Below are positions 42,527 through 54,794 of a stretch of DNA of 64,000 bases, one piece after another. The first letter of the stretch is position 1. Every line of letters begins with the position of its first letter. The notes beneath the pieces are model-generated. The model searched no databases and was not told the origin of the DNA. It was given only the letters and a program-made list of their open reading frames with translations. Source of the DNA: Octopus sinensis (lineage: Eukaryota); contig NC_043009.1 of the NCBI RefSeq assembly GCF_006345805.1, positions 11,532,001 through 11,596,000 on the forward strand. Direction: 5' to 3'. Both the position numbers and the translations under genes were made by a program.

Positions 42527-42562
<36 letters not shown>

Positions 42563-42563
<1 letters not shown>

Positions 42564-42900
42564 AGTCAATTTAGGGTAGCAAAAAAATTCAATAGAAATT
42601 TATCGCAACCATCGGCTGGTGGAAAAGAGATATCCCGTAGGCATCGATACAGACGCCTCGTGTATATTTGTCTCTCCCAGGTCTTTTACTGATGAGTGTA
42701 ACCTATGGTAGATTGGCTTAATTTAATTTAATTAAGCTAATTTAATCATTAATGACACAGAAACGTGCAACGTCTAAAAGATGAATTAGTAAAATGTTTT
42801 TAAATTTTCACCTAATTTCTGAATTACTAACTTGGCGGTGTGAGTTATGGCTGCTCTTTCTGGTGGACGAGTGACCTGTTGGGGTCACTCCTAAATTGTT
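42563..42900. mobile_element. Diverged copy of the same element: short forward start fragment joined to an inverted hammerhead-containing fragment
   Basis: 42563-42630 matches the unit start; 42631-42900 matches the reverse unit with substitutions. Bounded by (TA)n. Confidence 0.8.
42682..42781 (+). ncRNA. Type I hammerhead ribozyme, diverged copy 6 (GTC triplet)
   Basis: TCTTTTA CTGATGA GTGT...ACAC A GAAAC GTGCAAC GTC TAAAAGA. Predicted cut after 42774. Confidence 0.75.
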
Positions 42901-42924
42901 ATATATATATATATATATATTCGA

Positions 42925-43172
42925 TTTCCTGACCGGGCGTTGTTAGTGTTTATTGAGCGAAAACTCCTAAAACTCCACAAGGCTCCGGCAGGGGGTGGTG
43001 GCAATCCCTGCTGTACTCTTTCGCCACAACTTTCTCTCACTCTTTCTTCTGTTGGCCTGCTCGCTTAGCCAGCGGGGTGGCGTCATTTGAAGGCTAAAAC
43101 AATGCGAAGCGCATTGTGACCAGCGATGTGTAGCAACATCTGATAGCCTGGTCGGTCACGGTGATCACGGTG
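42925..43172 (+). mobile_element. SINE family D variant with a different tail
   Basis: Family D body up to ctttctctcactct, then an unrelated tail. Confidence 0.65.
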
Positions 43173-44060
43173 ATATATATATATATACAGATATAAACAT
43201 ATGTATATATTCATATATATATGCACATACATACAGGGAGAGAGTAGTGGAGAGAGAGAGTAGGGGAGAGAGAGAATCGATATATGAGCAAACATTTTAT
43301 ATTACATATATGTTTGCGTATGTATGTGAATCTTATTGGTGTATCTTGGGAGGGGCAGTCTTGCGAATAACAAACGCGCGCACTTGTTTAATTTCACTTG
43401 TTCTTTTATTATTATTCGTCGACTGGTTAATCAAATAACCAGTTAATAGAACACTTGATTAATTATTCAATTCATTCAGCCATTAGCTGGTTTGTCAGAC
43501 TGCTTTCGTAATCATTCATCATTGCATCAGCAACATGCCCTCGTTACACTTGGTTTGTCTTGTTTAACTAATTGATTTAATATTGGTTTCAAAATTTGGC
43601 ACAGAGCCAGCAATTTCGAGAAATGGAAAAGTCAGTTACAACAATCTCCAGTAATCAATTGGTATTTATTATATTATATCGACACCGAAATAATGAAAGG
43701 CAAAGTCATCCTCGGCGGAATTTGAACTCAAAACGTAAAGACAGAGGAAAATCTGCTGAGCATTTTGCCTGGCGTGATAACTATTCTGCCAAAACGCCGC
43801 TTTAACTAGTTGACTAATATTAATATAAAGAAGTGAAACTGAACCAGTGCGTGTGTTGATTATTGACAAAATGACCGTTCTGATACAATATCTCTTTCGA
43901 CATAGTATATCACATCAAGAGTCTTACAAATCAGTTCCAAAAAATAAAAACGATGTAGTAAATGTATAATAATGTCACAAAATAAACGATATTTCATAAT
44001 GCCTACATTTAGTGTTAACAGAAATAAAGGAGGTGATATAGAATGAGATTATCTACTTAC

Positions 44061-44187
44061 GGTTTCTCTTTCTTTGAAGACCTCCTTTTAATAAAACAGG
44101 CAATTCCAATTATCAAAGCTATTAATACCACAGCACCCACAATAACGCCTATTATTAATGCCATCTGTGCTATAGCTTGTTCTCGAT
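44061..44187 (-). CDS. SUSD2/Mesh-like protein, exon D (transmembrane): REQAIAQMALIIGVIVGAVVLIALIIGIACFIKRRSSKKEK
   Basis: Acceptor ttctattttgcag, donor gtaagt; 127 nt, phase 1 to 2. About 23 hydrophobic residues followed by a KRR stop-transfer signal. Confidence 0.9.
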
Positions 44188-45146
44188 CTGCAAAATAGAA
44201 CAGAAAATAATAAGTATTGGATTAGGTTCAATAAGAAATTATTTTATATTGTTATTTAAAATGTTTGGAAGAACTTACATATTGCCTTATTTTGTATTAA
44301 ATACATTCTCTATTTTTATGAGTTTGGCAAATGGTGTGTTGCAATGCTCACTACACTTTTAATCATTGAAAAGTCATAGCAATAGGGGAATCAAGTCTGG
44401 TGAGATTATTTTAGCTAGAAATGTTTCAGATTATTTAGATAGAAATTACTTCCAAGGAAAATCCGAATTAGCAGTGTAGATAAAATATATGCTTCGGAGC
44501 ATGTTGAAGAACACATAGAACACGAGGAAAGAACATAACGGTCAGTGAAGAAGGACATTAGTCACTATGTTATAGTTTGAACAACCCTAGATATGACAAA
44601 CTTTGATTTCAAACAACGATAGTGTGCCTAGACTAACTTCTTGAGAGGACAGTATTTTCTTTGATGCGTGCAATAATATCCTGTGTTTATTTGTAGATGC
44701 AGTCTTATATACGTATCGTTATTCCTTTGAAAATATATTTATTTCCATTTTGTTGAAGGTTAACATATGTTCAGTATGAAGTATTTTCTAAACCAGATGA
44801 AGGAATCAGACATTTCAAGTAAATTGCTACTGTACGAATAAGGTTTGGTGATTATACCATAACGGTTTGATTAGTGAACTATACAGCTCAATGAACTAAG
44901 CCAGTAAAGATTCTAATTGGGTTATTTACCAATTTTTCTACCGGCTGCAGACTATTGATATTTGGTTAGATTGTTGGTTTCCACTACGTAGCGATTTCAT
45001 TTTTCAACTTATTCCTTATGGTAAATTACAATAGGTTATAAATATTTCATTATAATTTTCAAAATATAATTAATCGCATTAACTCTGGTTATTTTCTAAC
45101 TTTAGAAAATACTAGAAAATAGATTCAAGCAAAACAATATTAACTA

Positions 45147-45427
45147 TCTATGTCCATATATAAGATTCTTTGTATCTCTGTCTGTCCCCAATGCATTCTC
45201 AAATGGCTCAACCAAATCAAATCAAATTTTACATGGCAATACTGCGAAACCCCGGGATGTAATTTTGGCACAAGTTTTGCAACATTGGCAAGGTTCCGTG
45301 TTACGTCTCAAAATTCGTAGACTAAAAGTGAAACCATCGACGGAGTATGTTATAAATAGTTTCAATTTTAATAGTTTCACCATGTATACATACATATATA
45401 TGTATGTGTATTTATATATATACATAC

Positions 45428-45470
<43 letters not shown>

Positions 45471-45815
45471 GCTTCAGGTTGACCAAAGCCTTGTGAGTGT
45501 ATTTCGTACACGGAAACTGAAAGAAGATTATCGTATATATGTGTATATTTGTGTGTGTGCGAGTGGCTGTGTGTCTGTGTTTGTACTCCCACCATCGCTT
45601 GACAACCGATGTTGCTGTGTTTATGTCCCCGTAACTTAGCGATTCGGCAAATGACACCCATAGAATAAGTATTAGGCTTTAAAAAATTAATCCTGGGGGT
45701 GATCAGTTCGACCAAATGCGATGCTCCAGCATGGCCGCAGTCACATGACTGAAACAAGTAAAACAAAAAAAAAAATGTCATTTTTATCCCGAGCAACGCC
45801 GGGTATATCTGCTAG
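45147..45815 (+). mobile_element. Non-autonomous Helitron-like element with a nested SINE
   Basis: A|TC 5' end; subterminal hairpin CCCG-agcaacgc-CGGG at 45788-45803, then CTAG|T. Confidence 0.65.
45472..45772 (+). mobile_element. SINE family A, 5'-truncated, nested in the Helitron-like element
   Basis: gaccaaagccttgtgag...tgactgaaacaagtaaaa. Confidence 0.75.
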
Positions 45816-47245
45816 TGCTTAATAAAAACAAAAACTTTTTGCAGATATACACAAGCACGAAGGACGAAATATTTTTGATGAAGGGTTTCGTACTTGACTG
45901 TAGCAGTAATAAATTTCATTACATCTGTTTTGTCTCAAATTTATAGAAATTTATATTGTTGATTATAATATAGTAAATCTTTTAATTATGATTCCAATTT
46001 CGTTCCATAGTTAAAGTTATTAACGCGTGACACTCGAAGTTGTTTCATTAAGTTAAAAATTTCAATCACCTTTTCTTACTGTTGTGCTTGGTAAAATAAT
46101 AATACTCGAACAGACATTCTGATAGACAGAAAATACCATATAAATCTTAGAAGGCGAGATGTTTTGAATCGATATATACTTTCACCAAATCTTCTGATAA
46201 ATTTAATAAGATGTTTTCCGAGCGAATTATCAAATAATATACATCTAATAACAGAATTTAATAATATCTAAATGTAATAATTTATATCCGTGTGAAGTGA
46301 ATGATGGTGTCACAAATTTCAATGTTAAATAATTCAATCTCGCGATCTAATCGATTCTGAATCAAATCGCACAAGAGAGAGGTGCACAAACTGCAAAGCT
46401 GCTTGGATTAATACAATTTCATAGAAAGGAAGCTTATGAATATTGAGATATAAATATGACGAATGGCACATTGTATTGTAGAATCAGCAAGATGACCCCT
46501 GACCTAATCACGCTAATATATTGTTTCTCCTTTCAAAAACTGTTGATATTCGCACGAATGCATTGTTTAAATATAAACATAATCAAATTATTGATTTCTG
46601 AGATTTAACATAGTTTAGAGTATTAAACTTAATATTGTATTATTTGCAGTTAACACTTCTGGAACCGATAATTATCTGTTTATTGTGGAGAAAAAAAAAT
46701 TGATCGAAAACAGCAAACAGACAGAAATATGTGTGATTACTTGGTGTAAATTACAATAATTGTGTTTGCCAAACTGTCAAAAGATTGTTATATTCCACCA
46801 TAAATGATGATGGAATATTAAATATTTAGAAATGTAGAATTACACTCTTTACACATTACATATAATATATCAACTAATCATTTTTTTCGTTATGTTGATT
46901 TTCAGCAATTTCATTTTTCCCTTGGGGATTATACATTTTAATGTAACGGTAAGCAAACTGTAAAAATAATTCCCCTATTATCTTTTAGTTAGTGATATAC
47001 TACGCATTTGTGTAGATGCGTATACATACGTATACGTGCGTCAGCCTAAACTTCTTTATCTCTATTTTTGCAGAAGTAATAACGTTTTTATATGCGTAGG
47101 TAGATATTGAATATGTTGATGTGTAATGCATTTACATTTACTTTCTTCTTTATTTTCGCTTTGTGAACTTATAAACGATTATTTACGTTTCTTGCGTATA
47201 TTGATATAGACGTACATACATACAAAAATATATATATATACATAT

Positions 47246-47299
<54 letters not shown>

Positions 47300-47308
47300 C
47301 ATAGATAC

Positions 47309-47345
<37 letters not shown>

Positions 47346-47359
47346 ATATATATATATAT

Positions 47360-47428
<69 letters not shown>

Positions 47429-47569
47429 TATATGTATATATATACATACATACATATATATATATACACATATATACATACATATATATATACACATATA
47501 TACATACATATATACATATATATATATACATAATATATATATATATATACATATATATATTATATATAT

Positions 47570-47630
<61 letters not shown>

Positions 47631-49739
47631 CTTAGACAGATACATGCACACATGAAAATTATACTCGAATGACGATTATGATGATAATGGTGATTATACT
47701 CTTTCTTTAATCGATTTTGGCTTAGGTGTCAGTGACTGAGAAGCACGAACGCTGTGTGCATGGCTATAATATAATTTAGTAAAGCGAGAACTGCCGTTGG
47801 TGCAATAACCTTTCAGTATCGTTGCCATCATAGCGACATGTACATTAATAATAAGCCATCTCTGGACTTTCTTTTCAGAATGTTTCATTAATTGCATGCA
47901 TGGATTGTTCACACTCGTGCTGAGGCATCTCCCAATGCTGTGATAATCCGCTTCCTATCAATATTTTGGGGCCTTTCTTCCTCAGACTTAGCAACCTGGT
48001 GAAACAGTTATCTCCATAAGTCACAGCTTAGTGAGAATAAGTCCCAAGAGTTATGTTTATACTCATAAACCTATATTATTTGAACGGATCAAAATCCTGC
48101 CCATCATTCGTCAGGGAATCTAATATTTCTTCATACAGGATTTGCCTGATATTTGGCATTTTTTCTTCCGTAATACGTAATCGATTTATTTTATTTGTGT
48201 TCTGAAAAGAAGGGTTTTTTCGATATTATTAAGTTTACACTGCACGAAGAAGGTTATTCATAACATTCATACATGAGCAAAGTTCACGAAGCAAATCATA
48301 TACACAAATTATACACACAAATCAAAGATAAAATTTACTAAGATCTGTATATGTCTCGTTTGGAGTTTAAGTATCTGCTCAATACTGTTAAAGTGAAAGT
48401 GAAAGTAAAATTGCTCTGTAGACATAAAACTTTATGTGACGGTGATAGTAAACGCAGACATTGACCGTACACAACACAATACAGCTGTGCCATACATGGT
48501 ATAGGTGCTTCCCTGTTGACTTTACAGTCGGCATCTAAATCTCACAATTATCATTTTCTATATATCCTACAAACTCATCTGGAAGAGTGGCATGGGAATA
48601 ACTCGCATGGGAATAGTGAGATGCGAAGGCGAACACTAGTATTAGTTTCTCGCATTTATATGTAACTGTGTTAACATTTCTGTGAGCTTTGCGGTGTAAT
48701 TTTGACTGTGGAGACGACGGGATTAATGATTTACTAAGCAATTGCTAATGTGTGCGCTACAAATGTACTTTCATTGAAAAGCAATAAATAACTCATTAAC
48801 CATCGCTCTAATGTTTATTCAGGATGCTCCTACAGTTCTACCGTGGATTTCAGCTTTCCTGCAATGTAACTGTAAATCGTGTTTCCAGAACTGTTACGAC
48901 TAACTGCATATCGTTCGCGTGATAATAAATTTATTTAATTCAGTCGCCAGCAGAGAACAATTCGGACAAGAAAAACCCTAAATTAGGTGCCATAATATGT
49001 GCCGGCATCGTTTCGTTTCCTAAATATAAGCAAAGTGGATAATTGTTATAATCATGTCAGGTGAATCTAAGTCTTTTATCTGGTCCCTCTGGAAAAAGCC
49101 AAAATTGGTTCCTAGTAGGAGAATCAAAGATTACGTCAGATCAAACATCACTCATAGGATTTTCTTGTTTCTCTCTTTTTCAAAGAACCACCATAGAAAG
49201 TGAATCATATCCACATTGTCACATCCTCACCTAAAAATCGCTTCCGTTAGTACTGTTTTCGTTAAGTCATAATTTGGTCAAGGATAATGCTGGCTAGAAT
49301 TGTAGTTATCGCCCTTGATCTCCTGTAGGTCGCAATGAGATCACTAAACAACCAAGTGACCAAATAAATGAGGTCTTTAAACTGCCGAGAGACGATATCA
49401 ATCTAATAATTCTGTGACTCAGCTAGTCAAATAGTCAGCTTTATATCTGTAGCCTTCAATCCAACGATGTACTAATGCCTTGACATTAGAGAGCTAGCTG
49501 CTTTTACTCCTGAACTCAATTATAACTGGTTGCCAACTCTGGTTTAACTACATCATCATAAAAATATTTAGAACATAATTTCAAAAGATGTTTTTCTATG
49601 ATCTCGAAGAAGCCGGCTGTTAAAACTAGAATGATGCTTTTAGATTTTTCCTGCAATAGAGTCTTCTGCTGCCATGAGTATTAGCAGCTTTCTGAAACAT
49701 CTCTCGCTATTCGTACTTCATTCTAGAAGCATATTTGTC

Positions 49740-50158
49740 GGATCTTTTCGGTTTGAACGGCCGTTCTTAAAAATAATTTCCTCGTAACTAAACACTTTTA
49801 AACTTCGTATACTGGTAGAATGTGTTTATAAAACATCTTTTTCTCTTGGCTTAATTGAGAAAATTCTATAGTTTGTAAGATATTTGTTGTTTTTTATCTT
49901 CAATTTCTGCAATTTCAACCAATCAATGGACGTCTATTGAGGTAAAAAAAACATTTTGTGCCGTATGAATATGTCCCTCGTTTAAGAAACCGATTGGGTT
50001 TATTTACATTTCTGAAGAAAAAAAGATACCCTTCCCCTACCCCTAACCCTAACCCTAAAACAGATTGAAATGCAATAGATCGATACTAGGGTCATAAGTA
50101 TGGGTGACAATTTCATATGACACCGCTAGAAAAAACTGCCGTTCAAACCGAAAAGATC
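49740..50158. mobile_element. Mutator-like MITE
   Basis: Perfect 21-bp TIRs GATCTTTTCGGTTTGAACGGC / GCCGTTCAAACCGAAAAGATC; flanking 9-bp duplication ATATTTGTC; internal (CCCTAA)3. Confidence 0.8.
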
Positions 50159-51020
50159 ATATTTGTCTGCTACTTTCAATCGATACATTTTCTCAGGAGA
50201 ATCCCATTTTCGACCATATCACTGTGAGTGTAATTCACTTCCATAGATAAATCTCCTGTAGACAAGACATTTTCATCAAAAAATTCCTATTGATTTCAGG
50301 GAAATTCGTTACCATGACAACCATGCAAACACCTCACATGTGGTACATTTCGTTGTCTTCATCAACTCTGGAGCAATTGATTCTGTAATGATATTACTTG
50401 ACAAACGTGGGTCAATAATCAGGAATCTTACAAAATACGGATGTCCGATTCCAAGAAATGTAAATAGCTGGCAAATTTCAGTTTGGAATAAATTCATAGC
50501 CAATGATATCAACATGTAACGGCTTTTCTAAGTGAAATAAGATGTTAACAAAGATCGTATTTTGGAAGTGCCTGCTGTGACACTTTTTTCCAGCGGCAAC
50601 TTGATGTGTTCAGCTACCGGCCCAGGCTTTACAGCTAGTAAGGATAAGAAAAGAAGGCAAACTGCCAAAATATGGTCGCTCTCTGACAGGTTTATGGTCG
50701 AGCTTGTAGCAGTAGAAACCTCCGGCGTTCTCGACCCCAAATCCATGTCCCTGCTCACCATTACTGGGGCGGAGATGACGCTGTCCGTAAGTGCGAGCTC
50801 CTTGAGTCAGAGTGGTTCTTCCAGCATATCTCTCTCACAATCCTCCAGTGTTACGCCTCCCCCATTTATTCTGCTGAGACCATGAGACGGGCTGAATTAC
50901 ATGAAATCGATAGAATATTAGAATTCCGTTGCTTACTTTTCTATTTTTCGTTTTCTTCTTTCTTTTCCGTTTTCGTTTCGTTTAATTATAATTATTTTAT
51001 TTTATTTGTAAATATTACTG

Positions 51021-51268
51021 GAGGCGCGTGCCTTAGTAATTAGGGTGTCAACATCGTGATCGTAAAATTGTGGTTTCGATTCCTGGACCGGGCGACGCGT
51101 TGTCTTCTTGAGCAAAACACTTCATTTCACGTTGCTCCAGTCCACTCAGCTGACAAAATTGAGTAACGCTGCGATGGACTGGCGTCCCGTCCAGTTGGGG
51201 AACACATATACCATAGAAACCGGCAAACCGGGCCCATGAGCCTGGCTAGGCTTTAAAAGGGCGCATTT
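51021..51268 (+). mobile_element. SINE with a family C head and a Deu/Nin-like (gcgatggactggcgtcccgtccag) segment
   Basis: tRNA-like head and body shared with 7520, different tail. Confidence 0.65.
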
Positions 51269-51451
51269 ATTTTTTATTATTTATAAATATTACTGTGTTT
51301 CTCACTGGCTAATTATCACGGACACTCGCCCTTTTTTTTTTTTACTTCCTCGCCGAAAGAAAAAGAAAACTAAAGATAACTGAGTAAATAATTAAATAAA
51401 ATAATTAATTGATAAAGTAAGAGGTCGAGTGAAAACAGCGAATGTACTTAC

Positions 51452-51643
51452 GAAGACATTTAGCGTCAACTTCTGGATTCCATTCCGGAAGGGAATTTTC
51501 AGATTTTATTTCACATTTATACGTGTCATGACCTTTCAAGAAATACGACTTCTTGCATCCTGTTATCTTCACCTTACTTCCTACAGTGTAGTTGAAATTG
51601 TCGATAACGGCATTGTCTACATCAAGATGGCCACATGAATTTC
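51452..51643 (-). CDS. SUSD2/Mesh-like protein, exon C (sushi/CCP domain): NSCGHLDVDNAVIDNFNYTVGSKVKITGCKKSYFLKGHDTYKCEIKSENSLPEWNPEVDAKCL
   Basis: Acceptor ctcacag, donor gtaagt; 192 nt, phase 1 to 1. Four Cys plus Y.VGS.V, Y.L.G and W in CCP spacing. Absent from the ORF track. Confidence 0.9.
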
Positions 51644-51972
51644 CTGTGAGTTATAAATAATAATAATCAAAATTAAAACAGTGATTTAAAAAACACCCAT
51701 CAACAATATACTGCGAAGTAACAAACGCAATAGCAAAAGCCATTTGTTTATTGCACCTTGATTAACTAGGTTTTCTTTGGTTTAATCAGGGTAGCATCTA
51801 TGACATCAGGCTCTCAGAGACTGGCATGAAGACATATTTTGTGAGACGCTTCTTATTTTGAACTTGACAAAGACAGACGTACGGTTTAAATATCGTTCAA
51901 CTAATAAAATATCTTACAATCGAATCTTGACTGTTTACCTTTGTGAAGAGTTACGTCAATCCTTTTTAAAAT

Positions 51973-52025
<53 letters not shown>

Positions 52026-52917
52026 CCTTGTTCACTTCGTAAACGAGCTGAAATTTTGGAAGGGATGGGTTTAGTCGATTACACCGATCCCGTTATTTAC
52101 GTTATCGACCCAGGTTTGACCAAAATATTTCCAACAGTGAGAGTCCGCTAAAAACACTTTAGGGCTATCTGGTGTTAAACCAGATGATGGATTAAATCTA
52201 CCAACGAATATGAATGACATGGAATAAGGTGGCAAGCTGGCAGAATCGAGTAAAATACTTAACGAAATGTCATCCATCTTTACATCCTCAATTCAAATTC
52301 AGCCGGGGGTTGCCTTTGCCTTTCGTCTTTTCGATAAAATAAGTAGCAGTTGAGTACTAGGAATCGATGTAATTAACTTTTCCCTTCTATCGAAATCGCT
52401 GGCCTTGAGCCAAAATTTGAAACCAGCATGAATGTCATAATTTTTTTCCTTTCTTTCTTCCTAACTCCAGACCAAAGACAGCCTATACAGTGTCCTAGTT
52501 TCGATAGCTCTATATAACTTGCTGACATCTCTCAGAATAGAATACTATTCATGTGAAACAGTCGACGCTCAGCTGTAGAAGCTGACAATACAAGTGCCAC
52601 TCCTAGTTACGCCAGAAAATGATTGAGTGGTTAACTTTCTTTTTCATTATAATTAATTTGTTTAAGGATCAATGTTATTGTCAGGATCATTGTGGTGATA
52701 AGGTCGGCAATGCTCAGACATTAGAGTAGTACACAAATGGCTCGAGCACTTGTGCTGAGCATATCATTCCTTAACACGATTTTGAAAAGAGCAGCTCAGG
52801 ATATCAAAATGCAATAAATTTTCTCAAAGGAATAAAAGTAAAGTTGACTTCAGGGGTATTTGAACTCAGAACGTAAAGAAGCGGCGTGCTAACGATTCTG
52901 CTAGCTAGCAACCTAAA

Positions 52918-52952
<35 letters not shown>

Positions 52953-52996
52953 ATAATAATAATAATAATAATATAATAATAATAATAATAATAATA

Positions 52997-53034
<38 letters not shown>

Positions 53035-53041
53035 AATAATA
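52918..53041. repeat. Compound trinucleotide repeat (TAC)n(TAA)n(TGA)n
   Basis: Direct reading; explains the poly-I/L/V ORF 52804..53046. Confidence 0.95.
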
Positions 53042-53892
53042 GTCAAGGCGAAGAGCGCGATTTGATTGTAAGATATATTATTAGATGTTTTTTTCTGTCT
53101 TTTTTCTGTCTTTTTCTTTTCGCCTGTTATAAAATTGTAACTTAAAAACTGATGATGTCATTCCATCAACGTGTGGACGCTGGTTGCTCTCGTTCATACT
53201 TTACATTTAAATTTCTGTAATTTTGAATTCTTATCACTTCTTATTTTGAACTTGACAAAGACAGACTTACTGTTGAAATATCGTTCAACTAATAAAATAT
53301 CTTACAATCGAATAACACTTGTGGCGTGGAGAGGGGAGGCCGGTATGCATTGGCGACTGCTGATCTTCCATAAACAACCTTGCTCCGACTTGTGCCTGGG
53401 AGGGCAACTTTCTAGGTGCAATCCCACGGTCAGTCATGACCGAAGGAGGTCTCAGCAGCAGCAGTGATGATGATGATTTCAAATTTTGGCACAAGGCCAG
53501 CAATTTCGGAGTAGGGGTTGATTATATCGGCCCCACTGTTCAACTGGTACTTATTTTATCGACCTCGAAAGGGTGAACAGTAAAGTCGATCTCAGCAGCA
53601 TTGGAACACAGAACAGAGAGACGTACGAAATGTTCCTAAGCACTTTGTCCGGCGCGCTAATACCGCCTGAACAACAGCAATAACAACGACGACGATGACA
53701 ATGATGACGATGATGATTCTTTTTAACAGATGCACAAGACATGACATTATGTGGGAAGGTGTTAATCGATTACAACTATTGATAATTATTTTACGGAGAT
53801 GTACTTGCACAGCAAGTGACCTGATCTGAGATCGTGTGCTGGAACGAAAACAATTGCAGCGTAGAAGGTGTTTATAAGCCATTTAAGCCATT

Positions 53893-54086
53893 TAAGAAAC
53901 ACACAAAATCCTTTAGATTCACTTCAACATTTAAATTTAATTTGCCAAAATATTTTCGTCGCTTTGAGACCGGGACCTGTTCAGAATTTTGTCAGTGAAC
54001 AGGTCGCGATCTCAAAGCGACGAAAATATTTTGACAAATTAAATTTAAATGTTGAAGTGAATCTAAAGGATTTTGTGTGTTTCTTA
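53893..54086. repeat. Inverted repeat (~90-bp arms), probably an inverted Penelope-type terminus
   Basis: taagaaacacacaaaatcc...acctgttca vs tgaacaggt...ggattttgtgtgtttctta. Contains the hammerhead-like motif at 53988. Confidence 0.85.
53988..54038 (+). ncRNA. Minimal hammerhead-like motif with G3:C8 swapped core
   Basis: TTTGTCA GTGAACA G GTCGC gatctcaaa GCGAC GAA AATATT T TGACAAA: stem I 7 bp, stem II 5 bp, palindromic stem III, TTT triplet. Confidence 0.5.
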
Positions 54087-54160
54087 GATAATTATTATAT
54101 TAACCCCGAAACTATATAAAACAAATTTAAGCTCAATAATAACAACTAAAATATACTTAC

Positions 54161-54400
54161 GTGTTTTCTGGCTTTTTGTAAGATACTCGTATAATCGGGC
54201 AATATTCTTGCTGTTATGGGCTATGTTTCTATTTCCCGTAACAGCATAATCGTATTTGCAAATTTCGCTAAATCGTTCACGACCACATAAAACTTCTGCG
54301 TCAGTTGGAATGGTTAAATTAGCCGAACTACCTCCTACAAATGATGTGTCACGTGCCCTGAAATGTCTAAACAAGCTTTTGGTTCTGTTCAGAACGGCCC
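54161..54400 (-). CDS. SUSD2/Mesh-like protein, exon B (post-VWD Cys linker): (W)AVLNRTKSLFRH...DAEVLCGRERFSEICKYDYAVTGNRNIA...SQKT
   Basis: Acceptor ttcttcaccag, donor gtaagt; 240 nt, phase 1 to 1. T from exon A plus GG gives the conserved Trp. The LCG...C.YD.A.TG motif is typical of the family. Overlaps ORF 54084..54476. Confidence 0.9.
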
Positions 54401-54794
54401 CTGGTGAAGAACAATAACAAACAGAATAATAAGAAATGACAAGAGAAACGCTACGAAGAAGCATATTTGTAAACATACGGTTGATCGATCAAATAGGGTC
54501 AGTCATTATAACCAAAAATTTTTGGTATCATTTATCCACCATTAGTCGTGTTTCGCTTCATTATAGCAGTTACAAAATCGTACATGTGGGAGAAACAAGT
54601 AAGTTATCTCCTACGGGTACAGTTTTTAACTCCTATCAGCAAATGAGGTGAAGGCACATGGCCTAGTGGTTAGGGTAGCGGAAACTATTTAGAGCATAGT
54701 TTAAGCTATCTTTTCGTGGAATAAGGTTTATGTTCTTATAACCTGTGTTAATTCTGTAACCCTTTAAAAGGGAAGATAAGAAAGTTCATTTTCA

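Larger units (their letters stand above)
40216..42530. mobile_element. Tandem and inverted array of ~470-bp ORF-less, hammerhead-containing units (retrozyme-like / Penelope pseudo-LTR-like)
   Basis: Unit start aatcaatttagg recurs at 40216, 40688 and 41157. Orientation inverts at ~41185. Reverse-orientation anchor accctaaatt recurs at 41201, 41671 and 42141 (period ~470). (TA)n flanks both sides. Confidence 0.9.

Noticed and set aside
40216-42530. CRISPR array or simple satellite interpretation of the tandem array
   Set aside because: There is no short repeat/unique spacer structure and no cas genes, and the context is eukaryotic. The ribozyme fold and covariation argue against an inert satellite.
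47694-48741. ORFs 47694..47912 and 48535..48741 as extra exons of the host gene
   Set aside because: No family motifs and no phase-compatible acceptor/donor pair keeping an open frame.
50041-50058. Interstitial telomere or chromosome fusion site
   Set aside because: Only three units, lying inside a TIR-bounded MITE.
50300-50527. Fibronectin-III-like reading KPLHVDIIGYEFIPN*NLPAIYISWN... as an extra exon
   Set aside because: It has several in-frame stops, and exon C already splices in phase to the TM exon. The resemblance may be chance.
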